A stretch of 64,000 nucleotides of DNA from Gemmatimonadota bacterium (GTDB lineage Bacteria > Gemmatimonadota > Gemmatimonadetes > Gemmatimonadales > GWC2-71-9), in NCBI GenBank assembly GCA_036679645.1, contig JAZDCY010000074.1:35069-99068 (forward strand). The letters are read 5' to 3'. A program made the position numbers and the translations under genes. Of the stretch, positions 46,932 through 55,964 are shown one piece after another (within the stretch, counting starts at the first letter, position 1; the number at the start of each line of letters is the position of its first letter). Below the pieces are notes generated by a model, which was given only the letters and a program-made list of their open reading frames with translations, did no database searches and was not told the origin of the DNA.

Positions 46932-49465
46932 CTACTCGCTCATCTCCCGCATCACCTCCAGCGGTGGGCGGCGCGTGACGTCGCGTCCAGCGAGTAGTCC
47001 GACAGCCGTCGTCAGTACGCCCGTGCCGAGCCAGAACCCGCCAAGCGCGAGGACGGGGGCGCTGAACGGCACCTCGAAGAGAAACCGCATGGCGGCCCAG
47101 CCGGCTGCCGCGGCCAGTATTACCCCGACGAGACCACCCATTGCGCCGAGGGCGAAGTATTCGGTGACGAGCACGGCCCGAACCTGCCGTGCGGTCGCAC
47201 CCATTGTCTTGAGCAGGACCGACTCCCGCACCCGTTGGCCGCGGGAGGTGTTCAGCGCGCCGATGAGAATGATCAATCCTGCGGTGATACTGAACAGTGC
47301 CATGAAGCGGATCGCGAGCGTAACCCGATCGACGATCGTGTCGAGGCTGCGTTGGACCTGCGTCAGGTCGAGTGAGATGACATTGGGGAACGCAGTGACG
47401 AGATCGCGCTGAAATACCGCGCGGGCGCCAGGGTCGTCCACGCGACTCAGGATCACCGTCATCTGGGGCGCATCGTCCAACACGCCCGGCTCGAAGACCA
47501 CGAAGAAATTGGGTTCGAACCGCGCCCAATTGACCTGGCGCAGGCTCGCGACTTCGGTTTCGATCTCGACGCCCTGCACGTTCCACGTGACGCGATCTCC
47601 CACGCTCAGCTTGAGGCCCTCGGCGACGTCGCGTTCCATGGAGATGCGGGGTACTTCGCTGCCGCCTTGCCACCCAGGCTCGTCGCTCGTGTCCTGCCAC
47701 CAGCTTCCCCTGATGACACTCTCTGACGCCACGACCGTGTCGCGATACGTGTGTCGGTACTGCCGCTCCAGTGCCCACCGTTCGTACTCGTAGGCGCCGG
47801 GTGTGTCGAGAATCTCCTCGATGGTGCGTCCGTTCAGTGCCGCCAGGCGCGCCGGCACGATTGGCGTGACTTGCAGCAGGGGGAGGTCATGTCCTTCCAT
47901 GAGCGCGGTGACGCCGGGGCGCTGGTCGCCCTGTACGTCGAACAGCACGATGTTGGGCCGATCCGGGCGGGAGTTTATCTGGAACTGATCGATGAGCCCG
48001 CGTTGCACCACGAAGAGCGTGGCGATGAGGAAAACGCCAAACCCGAGTCCGATGGTGACCGCCCCCCCTGGCGGAAGACATAGCGCGCCCGGGACGGGAA
48101 CCAGCGGCGCGTTCCACGCATGAGCAACACGGCCGCGATCCAGAGCACCAGGGCACCAACCGCTGCCGCTCCCGCGAAGGCCAGGCCAATGACTGGCTGC
48201 GGCGCCTGCCAGACGCTCAACCCGATGACCGCCCCCACGAGTGCGGCCCCGGCCGCTAGAGACCAGAGGTCGCGCCACAAGGGTTTGGCGGGCCCGTCGA
48301 ATGCGCGACGCAACGCGCGCAGTGGCGGCGTGTTGCGGATCGTGAGGAGTGGGAAGAGGGCGAACAGGAGGGCGACCGCGGTGCCGATTCCCAGACCCGT
48401 GAACAGAGCGGGAACATAGAGTTGCACGTCGATATCCACGGGGAGGATATCGTTCAGCACGGGTGGCAGGGCGTATTGCACGCCCACGCCGAGGAGCACA
48501 CCTGCCGCGGCGCCGAAGAGACCCATCGCCGCGGCCTGCACGAGGTAGATGGCAAAGACGGTACGCTGTCGCGCGCCGAGACAGCGGAGCACAGCCACCG
48601 TGTCGAGGCGTGACTTCACATACACGTGTATGGCGCTGGCGACCCCGACGCCCCCTAGGAGAAGTGCCGCGAGCCCTACGAGTCCAAGGAACCGCGCCAG
48701 CGTGTCGAGCGCGTAGGCGAGGTCCTCCTCGGTTTCCTCGACCGTGTCGAGATCGACATCGTGTCGCTCGAGCAGATCCTCGTTGTGATAGATGTATAGC
48801 TGCAGCTCCTCCGGATCGGGGATCGCGAGGTTGGCCTCATAGAAAGCCCGGCTCCCCCTGCGGATCAGGTTTGTGGCGGCGAGGTATTCGCGCGGGATGT
48901 AGACGCGCGGACCGATGGCGGCTTCGAGACTCACGCGACCCGGATAGTTGGTGATCGTCCCGGCTACCATGAACGTCTGGTCGCCCAGCCGGATGGAGTC
49001 CCCGACGGCGATGTCGAGATAGACCAGGACGGCCGGGTCGAGCAGCGCGTTGGGGCCGGTCCGGAATGTGCGCCACGTGCCGGCCGGCTCGGTTTCGACG
49101 GCTCCGTAGTATGGGTACGTGCCCTCCGTCGCCCGAACCCGCACGAGCCGCGTGAGACCGGTTCGCGGCGCGAGGGCCATCGATCCGAACCCAGTGCGGT
49201 AGGACACGGGAACACCGGCGGCGGCGGTCGAGTCCAGCAGGGCCTGCACGGAATCGCCGAAGGGTTGTCTCCGCGTGAGCTCCAGATCGGAACCGAGCAC
49301 GGTACGCGCCTGCTGCCTGACCGAGCGCTCGATGTTGGCCCGGAACGAGTTGACCGCGACGAGCGCCGCCACGCCGAGCGTGATCGAGAACATGTGCAAC
49401 GCCAGGCGCCGCCGGCTCGCGCGCAACTCGCGTCCGATCATGCGGAGGGCGAAACGGAAGTTCAC
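46932..49465 (-). pseudogene. YbbP/FtsX-like ABC permease, frameshifted near 48065
   Basis: N-half (47975-49465) and C-half (frame of 46932-48278) join at a G7 run where RQG jumps to AVTIGLGFG in another frame; may be a sequence error. Confidence 0.8.
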
Positions 49466-50154
49466 GTCTGTTCCCGCCGGTCCGAGACGATGGCCCCGCC
49501 GGCGAGGCGAACCGTTCGTCCGGCCCGCGCTGCCAGTTCGGGATCGTGCGTGACCAAGACCAGCGTCGTTTTCGCCTCGCGATTCAGCTCGACGAGCAGA
49601 TCGATCACGCCAAGCCCGGTCTCGGCGTCGAGACTGCCGGTTGGCTCGTCGGCGAACAGGATCTTGGGTTGGTTGGCAAAGGCGCGCGCAACTCCGACCC
49701 GCTGCTGCTCGCCACCTGAAAGCTGGGTGGGGTAGTGATGCATGCGGTCACCCAGGCCCACGTGGGCCAGCAGCTCATGGGCGCGTTGAACGGCCTTTCC
49801 ATCGTGCCCGTTGCCGCGCAACTCGAGCGGCACCAGCACGTTTTCGAGCGCGGTCAGGGTGGGAATGAGCTGGAAGGTCTGGAACACGAACCCGACGTGC
49901 TCGGCGCGGAAAACGGCGCGCTCGTCTTCGCTGAACTGGCTGAGGTCGTGTCCGTTGAGGCGCACGATCCCGCGAGTCGGGCGGTCCAGCCCCGCGAGCA
50001 GGCCGAGGAGCGTGGTCTTGCCGCTCCCGGACGGCCCCACGATCGCGAGGAACGCCTGCGCCTCCACCGTTAGATTCACATCGCGCAGCACCGTGAGCGG
50101 CCGGCCACCACTCTGATACGTTTGTTCGAGGTTTTCAGCTACGATCATGGACAT
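49462..50154 (-). CDS. YbbA-like ABC ATP-binding protein
   Basis: GPSGSGKTT, LSGGEQQR, ADEPTG; divergent from a tesA-like gene as in tesA-ybbA-ybbP. Confidence 0.92.
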   Translation of the reverse strand: MSMIVAENLEQTYQSGGRPLTVLRDVNLTVEAQAFLAIVGPSGSGKTTLLGLLAGLDRPTRGIVRLNGHDLSQFSEDERAVFRAEHVGFVFQTFQLIPTLTALENVLVPLELRGNGHDGKAVQRAHELLAHVGLGDRMHHYPTQLSGGEQQRVGVARAFANQPKILFADEPTGSLDAETGLGVIDLLVELNREAKTTLVLVTHDPELAARAGRTVRLAGGAIVSDRREQT

Positions 50155-50230
50155 GAACTCAAAGATACCCCACTCACCTCCACTCCTCCCATCGGCTATG
50201 CCCGCGTCCCATCTCCGCCTCGCCGGGGCG

Positions 50231-50923
50231 ATGCCCCGCACACGTCGCCCCACGCGGGCGATGATGGCGATGGCGGCGATGGTGTTGCTTGGATGTGGAG
50301 GACGAGGTGATTCCGATGTCGCGTCGCGTAATGGAACGGATGCTCCCGTATCGTCGCGGGCGGTAGTGTTGTTTCTCGGGACGAGTCTCACGGCGGGGCA
50401 GGGTGTGGCCCTGGAAGATGCGTATCCGGCGCTCGTCCAGCGGAAGATCGATTCGGCGGGGTTTGACGCCCGGGTCGTGAACGCCGGTGTGAATAGAGAG
50501 ACGGCGGCGGGCGGGCTGCGCCGTCTCGAGTGGTTGCTGCGCCAGCGCGTGGACGTCCTCGTGCTCGAGTTGGGTGCCAACGACGGCTTGCGGGGACAGG
50601 ACGTGGACTCCATGCGTGCCAATCTCCAGGAGATCATCACTCGCACGCGCTCCGCGTACCCCAATGCCAAGATCGTGATTGCCGGAATGGAAGCGCCGCC
50701 CAACATGGGTGACGCGTATACATCCCGGTTCCGCCGCGCGTTCGGAGAACTGGCCGAAACCAACGATGCCTCCCTCATTCCGTTTTTACTCGTGGACGTG
50801 GCCGGAGACCGCGAATTGAATCAGGCGGACGGGATCCATCCGACGGAGCGGGGTCACCGGATCATGGCGGAGACGGTGTGGAGGGTGCTGGAAGGGGTGC
50901 TTCGTGATAGAGCGGACCGTTGA
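50231..50923 (+). CDS. tesA: TesA-like SGNH arylesterase, lipoprotein
   Basis: LGTSLTAG, ELGANDGLRG, QADGIHP; lipobox LLGC; start uncertain. Confidence 0.85.
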   Translation: MPRTRRPTRAMMAMAAMVLLGCGGRGDSDVASRNGTDAPVSSRAVVLFLGTSLTAGQGVALEDAYPALVQRKIDSAGFDARVVNAGVNRETAAGGLRRLEWLLRQRVDVLVLELGANDGLRGQDVDSMRANLQEIITRTRSAYPNAKIVIAGMEAPPNMGDAYTSRFRRAFGELAETNDASLIPFLLVDVAGDRELNQADGIHPTERGHRIMAETVWRVLEGVLRDRADR

Positions 50924-50986
50924 CGGTTGACGGAGGCGGTCCCGCGTCCCAACCTGCAGAGTTCAATGTTCAAACCGGGCCCAAAT

Positions 50987-52282
50987 ATGAAACGACTGAT
51001 ACTTGTTTTTGCCGGATTGCTGGCAGCCAGCCCTGCCGGCGCGCAACAATTCGATGCCCGCATCGATGCCGCGGTCGACCGCGTGTTGCCGCAGATCATC
51101 GAGACGCGGCATCACATTCACGAGCATCCGGAACTGGGTAACCGTGAGTTCGAGACGGCCAAGCTGATCGCGGACTATCTGCGCGATCTTGGGTTCGAGG
51201 TCGATACCGGCATCGCGCACACTGGGGTCGTGGGCCTGTTGCGAGGTGGGCGACCGGGTCCGGTCGTTGCGATTCGCGCGGACATGGACGCGTTGCCGGT
51301 TACGGAAGACACCGATTTTCCGTGGGCATCGATCACGCGGACCATCTATCTCGATCAGAACGTCGGCGTGATGCACGCATGCGGGCACGACGTCCACGTT
51401 GCGGTCCAGATGGGCGTGGCAAGTGTGCTGGCCTCGTTGCGGGACGACATTCCCGGCACGGTGAAGCTCATCTTCCAGCCGGCGGAAGAAGGCGCGCCGC
51501 CGGGCGAGGAGGGTGGCGCGGACCTGATGGTACGGGAAGGCGTGCTCGACGACCCGCGTCCGGTCGCGATCTTTGGACTGCATACCTTCGCCCAGATGGA
51601 TGTCGGCACCCTCGGCTATACACCGGGTCCGGCACTCGCGGCGGTGGACCATTTTCGCATCGACATCAAGGGCCGGCAGGCGCACGGGGCGCGACCGGAG
51701 CTGTCGATCGATCCCGTTGTCTTGGCATCGCAGGTGATCATGGCGTTGCAGACCATTCGGTCGCGCAACCTCTCGCCCCTCGAACCGAGTGTCGTGACGG
51801 TCGGGATCGTGCGCGGCGGGACGCGCTTCAACATCATCCCCGCGGAAGTGTATCTCGAGGGAACGGTGCGGACCTACAACCCGGACGTGCGCGACCAGAT
51901 CGAGCGCCGCATGGGCGAGATCCTCGATGGCGTTACCGCGGCGGGCGGCGGATCGTACGAGCTGGACTATGAGCGAGGCACGCCGGCGACGATCAACAAT
52001 CTGGCGTTGACAGAATGGGCGGTGCCGGTCCTCGGCCGCGTCGTGGGCAGCGAGAACGTGGTAGAGGTAGTACCGACGATGGGTGGAGAGGACTTCGCAT
52101 ACTTCGCGAACGAGGTCCCCGGTTTCTATTTCAGGTTGGGGCAGGTCGCGCCGGGTACGACGTCGGGCGATCACCATACGCCGACGTATCGCGCGGATGA
52201 CAGCATGATCCCGATTGGGATTCGGGCGATGTCGCGTTTGGTGCTGGATTTCTTGAGCCGGGGGACGATGGGAACGCGTTGA
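50987..52282 (+). CDS. M20D amidohydrolase, exported
   Basis: HEHPEL, RADMDALP, MHACGHD, FQPAEEG, GGEDF, HH; signal peptide. Confidence 0.92.
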   Translation: MKRLILVFAGLLAASPAGAQQFDARIDAAVDRVLPQIIETRHHIHEHPELGNREFETAKLIADYLRDLGFEVDTGIAHTGVVGLLRGGRPGPVVAIRADMDALPVTEDTDFPWASITRTIYLDQNVGVMHACGHDVHVAVQMGVASVLASLRDDIPGTVKLIFQPAEEGAPPGEEGGADLMVREGVLDDPRPVAIFGLHTFAQMDVGTLGYTPGPALAAVDHFRIDIKGRQAHGARPELSIDPVVLASQVIMALQTIRSRNLSPLEPSVVTVGIVRGGTRFNIIPAEVYLEGTVRTYNPDVRDQIERRMGEILDGVTAAGGGSYELDYERGTPATINNLALTEWAVPVLGRVVGSENVVEVVPTMGGEDFAYFANEVPGFYFRLGQVAPGTTSGDHHTPTYRADDSMIPIGIRAMSRLVLDFLSRGTMGTR

Positions 52283-52284
52283 CG

Positions 52285-52348
52285 GGGGCGATGTAAGGGG
52301 CTGCCCCGATCCACTCCGTCGCCTCCATCATCGCCCCTACCTTCGCCC
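52285..52348. repeat. Second copy of the 12-bp-period element
   Basis: GGGGCGATG at 52285; C(G/A/T)TCGCC at 52317, 52329, 52341; CATCGCCCCTACC identical to 46909-46921. Confidence 0.7.
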
Positions 52349-52371
52349 GGGCCGGCAGGGAGGTGCGGGGC

Positions 52372-54688
52372 TCAGGGTTGCAGCCGCAGCCGCCTAATCA
52401 GGTCCACGTATCGGGGATCGGACCGGATTGGGTCGAAGATCGGGGCCCTGAGATCGAAGATCAGTGTCTCGGAGCGGATGAGGAATGCGTCCTCCAGGCG
52501 GGCGAACGCGGAGTCGATCGCGCCGACCATCAAGTACCATTGTGCGAAGACTGTCGGGTCAACCAACGCACGGCCGCCTTGTCGCTCGAGCCGCGCAATC
52601 GTCGCGAACGCGCGGGGCCGGGTCGTCGTGTCGCGGACCGCGTCGACGACCGCTGTGACGAGTTCGAGGGGCGCGCCTGCAAGCTGGAACTCTCGGATTG
52701 CAGCGTCGAACTGCCGTTTCTCCAAGTACAGCCAACCCATGAGGCCGTGCGCAAAGCCGAATCCGGGCTCGAGTTCGAGAACTGCTCGCTCGCGCACAAT
52801 GGCCTCGTCCACACGACCCTCGTGCCACAGCGCGGTCGCCAGCAAGTGCCTTGCCACGAGGGCCGCGGGATCGGACGCAATCGCGTACTCGGCCTGCACG
52901 ATGGCTTCGCCGTTGCGGCCGAGAATCATCAGCAACTCGGCATACCAGTATCGGGCGACGGCGTAGCCGGGGTCCAGCGCGATCGCTTGTTCGAACTCGG
53001 CTGCGGCGCCCTCCCAATCCCACGCGCCATAGGTGAGAATGTTGCCCAGCGACGCATGAGCGGCCGCAAGCGCACTATCGAGGGCGATCGCCCGACGGGC
53101 CGCTGTCTCGGCGCGCGCGTACGCCTCGGCCCGCGTCATCCCCGGAACCCGGTAGTACCCATAGAGGGAGTACGTGTCGGCCAGCCCGGTGTAGGCCTCG
53201 ACGAAGTCCGGGTCGATTTCGATCGCACGACCAAAATAGCGCGCTGCGAGCTCGAGGTTCTCTGCGCCGCGTTTGTTCCAATGAAACCGCCCAAGTAGAT
53301 ACGCGTCGTGCGCCTCGGGATGCGCGGTTGGGACGCTCCCCAGAGCGTCGCGCTCCGATCCGAGCAGTGTCACGTTCAGCGCTGTTGCCACCTGCTCGGC
53401 AATCTGCTCGCGGTATATCGATCGGTCCACAGATGCGTGTCGTCCGACACACGTATCAACTGCGGTGTCACGCGCACCTGTCCGGTGCCGTCGGGCGAGC
53501 GGTCCGTCCGCACGGTCCCCTCGAGCACGTAGCGCACGTTGAGTTCAGCCGCAATGTCTTGCAGCGCGCGCTCGGTGCCCTTGTAGCGCAGTGTGCTCGT
53601 GCGCGAGGTGACGCCCAGCCCGGAGATCTCGGCGAGGCGGCTCGTCATTTCCTCGGTGATCCCGTCGGCGAAGTACTCGTATTCGGGCGCCCCGAGGTTC
53701 TCGAACGGTAGCACGGCCAGCGTGGGCCGGTCGTCGGTCGGAGCGGCCGGCGCGTTCCCGCGCGCGATGAGTATGACCACTACGACGATCGCGAGGAGTG
53801 CTATGGCGCTGATTGCCGCCGCGACGCAGCGACCGGTGTTGCGCCCGACGATATCATGACGGGTGCCAGCGCGGACGCGAATTCCGAGGCTGTCGCGAAC
53901 CGGTCAGCGGGAACGCGTGCAAGCGCGCGCTGCAGCGCCTCATCGGTTTGGGGCGGAATCGTCTCACGCGTCGAGCGCAGCGAGGGCACGGGCTCGGTCA
54001 AGCGCTTTGCGATGATCGCCTGTGCCGTCGGGCCGGTGTGCGGCGGCTCGCCGGCCAGCATCTCGTAGAGCACACAGCCCAGCGAGTAGATGTCGCTGCG
54101 GCCGTCGATCGTCTTCTCCCCGGCGGCCTGCTCCGGGCTCATGTACGACGGCGTGCCGATCGAGAGACCGGTTTCTGTCAGCCGTTCCCCGCCCGCCGCC
54201 GTGATCGCACGTGCGATGCCAAAATCTGCCACGAGCGCATGGCCCGAGGTGAGAAGGATGTTTTCGGGCTTGATGTCACGATGGACGACGTCGTGGCTGT
54301 GCGCGTAGCTCAGCGCGTCCGCGACCTCGCGCGCGGTCTGAAGCGCGTCATCGATCGGCAACTGGCGATCTCGGTCCAGACGATCACGCAACGACTCGCC
54401 CTCGACATACGGCATGACGTAGTACAGGAAATCACCGGCCTCGCCTGAGTCGTAGAGGGCCAGCACGTGGGGATGGTGCAGGCGAGCGGCGATCTGGATT
54501 TCGCGGAGGAACCGCTCGTTGCCGATGGCGGCGGCAAGCTCGGGGCGCATGACCTTCAGCGCTACCATGCGATCGTGCCGCACGTCGCGCGCGAGATACA
54601 CGGTCGCCATCCCGCCGCGCCCCAACTCACGCTCGATCTCGTAGCGGGCGTCGAGCGCCGAGTTGAGTTCTTGGATCCGGTCCGTCAT
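52372..54688 (-). pseudogene. Hanks-type Ser/Thr kinase - TM - TolB-like - TPR protein, with two frameshifts
   Basis: Kinase (GRGGMATVY, VALK, HRDIKPEN, DFG, YMSPE) 53801-54688; AVLPFENL..YFADGITEE domain 53376-53780; TPRs 52372-53410; three consecutive frames of one familiar architecture. Confidence 0.8.
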
Positions 54689-54791
54689 CGGGGAGGAAAG
54701 ATGCGGATTGCGTCCGTCCGGCGCCACGCCCGGTAGATCGATCACTCGTCGACTGCGCTAAGATATTGTCACAGATGGTTTTGCTAGATAC

Positions 54792-54824
54792 TTGACGAGA
54801 TAATAATTGACTAGTAAGTTAATT
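54792..54824 (+). promoter_or_regulatory. Promoter with overlapping palindromic operator upstream of marR-like gene
   Basis: TTGACG-17 bp-TAAGTT; imperfect inverted repeat AATTGAC-tagtaa-GTTAATT at 54805-54824 in an AT-rich patch. Confidence 0.6.
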
Positions 54825-54827
54825 CCC

Positions 54828-55307
54828 ATGTTAGGTGCTGACAGCGCCATCGGTCGCGAGATCCGGCAGACCAAGCCGTTTCGGTCCAAGAGCCAGGAAG
54901 CCACGCTCGGCCTGTTCCGGACGACCGACCTGCTGCGCCGGTGCTTCGCCGAGACGCTCCAGGGGTCTGGAGTGACGGCGCAGCAGTACAACGTGCTGCG
55001 AATCCTTCGTGGGGCTGAGCCGGAGGGACTGCCCACGCTCGCGATCGCCGAGCGGATGCTCGAACGCGCGCCCGGGATTACCCGCATGCTCGACCGGCTC
55101 GAGGCGAAGGATTGGGTGATGCGAGAGCGCGGGCAGGAAGACCGGCGTTGCGTCCACTGCCGCATCACGGACACCGGTCTGGCGTTGCTCGCCGAGTTGG
55201 ACGAGCCAGTCGCCGCGGCAGAAGACCAGGTCCTGGCCATGCTCACGGAAGGTGAACAGGAGACGCTCGTCATCCTGCTCGATCGCATCCGGGCAGGGCA
55301 CGCCTAA
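54828..55307 (+). CDS. MarR family transcriptional regulator
   Basis: TAQQYNVLRILRG, ITRMLDRLE, DRR..ITDTG. Confidence 0.92.
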   Translation: MLGADSAIGREIRQTKPFRSKSQEATLGLFRTTDLLRRCFAETLQGSGVTAQQYNVLRILRGAEPEGLPTLAIAERMLERAPGITRMLDRLEAKDWVMRERGQEDRRCVHCRITDTGLALLAELDEPVAAAEDQVLAMLTEGEQETLVILLDRIRAGHA

Positions 55308-55369
55308 GCCGCGGCGCGAAGGAGTAGGCACGTCGCGTATCAACCATTACTAGATGAAGGAGTCGTCCT

Positions 55370-55723
55370 ATGAGTGTTGCATCACTGGAGAAGGAACTGA
55401 ACGACATGATCCTCGCCGGCCAGGCAATGGAGGCTTTCGAGAAGTTCTACGCAGAGGACGTCGTCATGCAGGAGAACTCCGACGAGCCGTTTCGCGGCAA
55501 GGACGTCAACCGCAAGAGGGAGGAAGAGTTCTTTGCATCGGTCGAGGAGTTCCATGGCGCTCAGTTGGTGGGGAGCGCGTCGGGTGACGACCGTTCGTAC
55601 GCTGAATGGGATTGGGATGTGACGTTCAAGGGTGTCGGCCGCGTTCGCATGAACCAGGTGGCGGCCCGCCAGTGGAAGGACGGCAAGATCGTCCACGAGC
55701 GTTTCTACTACAACAAGGGGTAA
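55370..55723 (+). CDS. SnoaL/NTF2-like protein
   Basis: FEKFYAEDVVMQE...WKDGKIVHERFYY; AAGGAG RBS. Confidence 0.85.
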   Translation: MSVASLEKELNDMILAGQAMEAFEKFYAEDVVMQENSDEPFRGKDVNRKREEEFFASVEEFHGAQLVGSASGDDRSYAEWDWDVTFKGVGRVRMNQVAARQWKDGKIVHERFYYNKG

Positions 55724-55726
55724 GAA

Positions 55727-55776
55727 GTAAGCGGTGCGCAGTGAGCGGGAGATGTGACAGCCCGCTCACCGCGCAC
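55727..55776. repeat. 7-bp-period hairpin (possible terminator)
   Basis: GTGCGCaGTGAGCGGG...CCCGCTCACcGCGCAC right after the SnoaL stop. Confidence 0.6.
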
Positions 55777-55964
55777 AGCCTACCGCCTCACGTACCTTCC
55801 ATCAAACGTCGTCCTCCTGTCGCGCCCCGTCCGATGATGTCTCCCACAACTGCCGCACGCTGTCCGCTGAGTCTCCTTTGCGATGCGGAGGTACATCGGT
55901 TCTCTTTCAAGACTCGTCTACTCGCTTATCGGCCCAATGTTCGTTGCTCTGCTCGGAGAACGCC

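Noticed and set aside
53376..53840. Programmed ribosomal frameshifting in the kinase gene
   Set aside because: No slippery heptamer or stimulatory structure seen, and sequence appears to be missing at the 53410 junction.
55780..55896. 38-codon minus-strand ORF MYLRIAKETQRTACGSCG...
   Set aside because: Weak RBS and no recognisable family; a lone CxxC is insufficient support.
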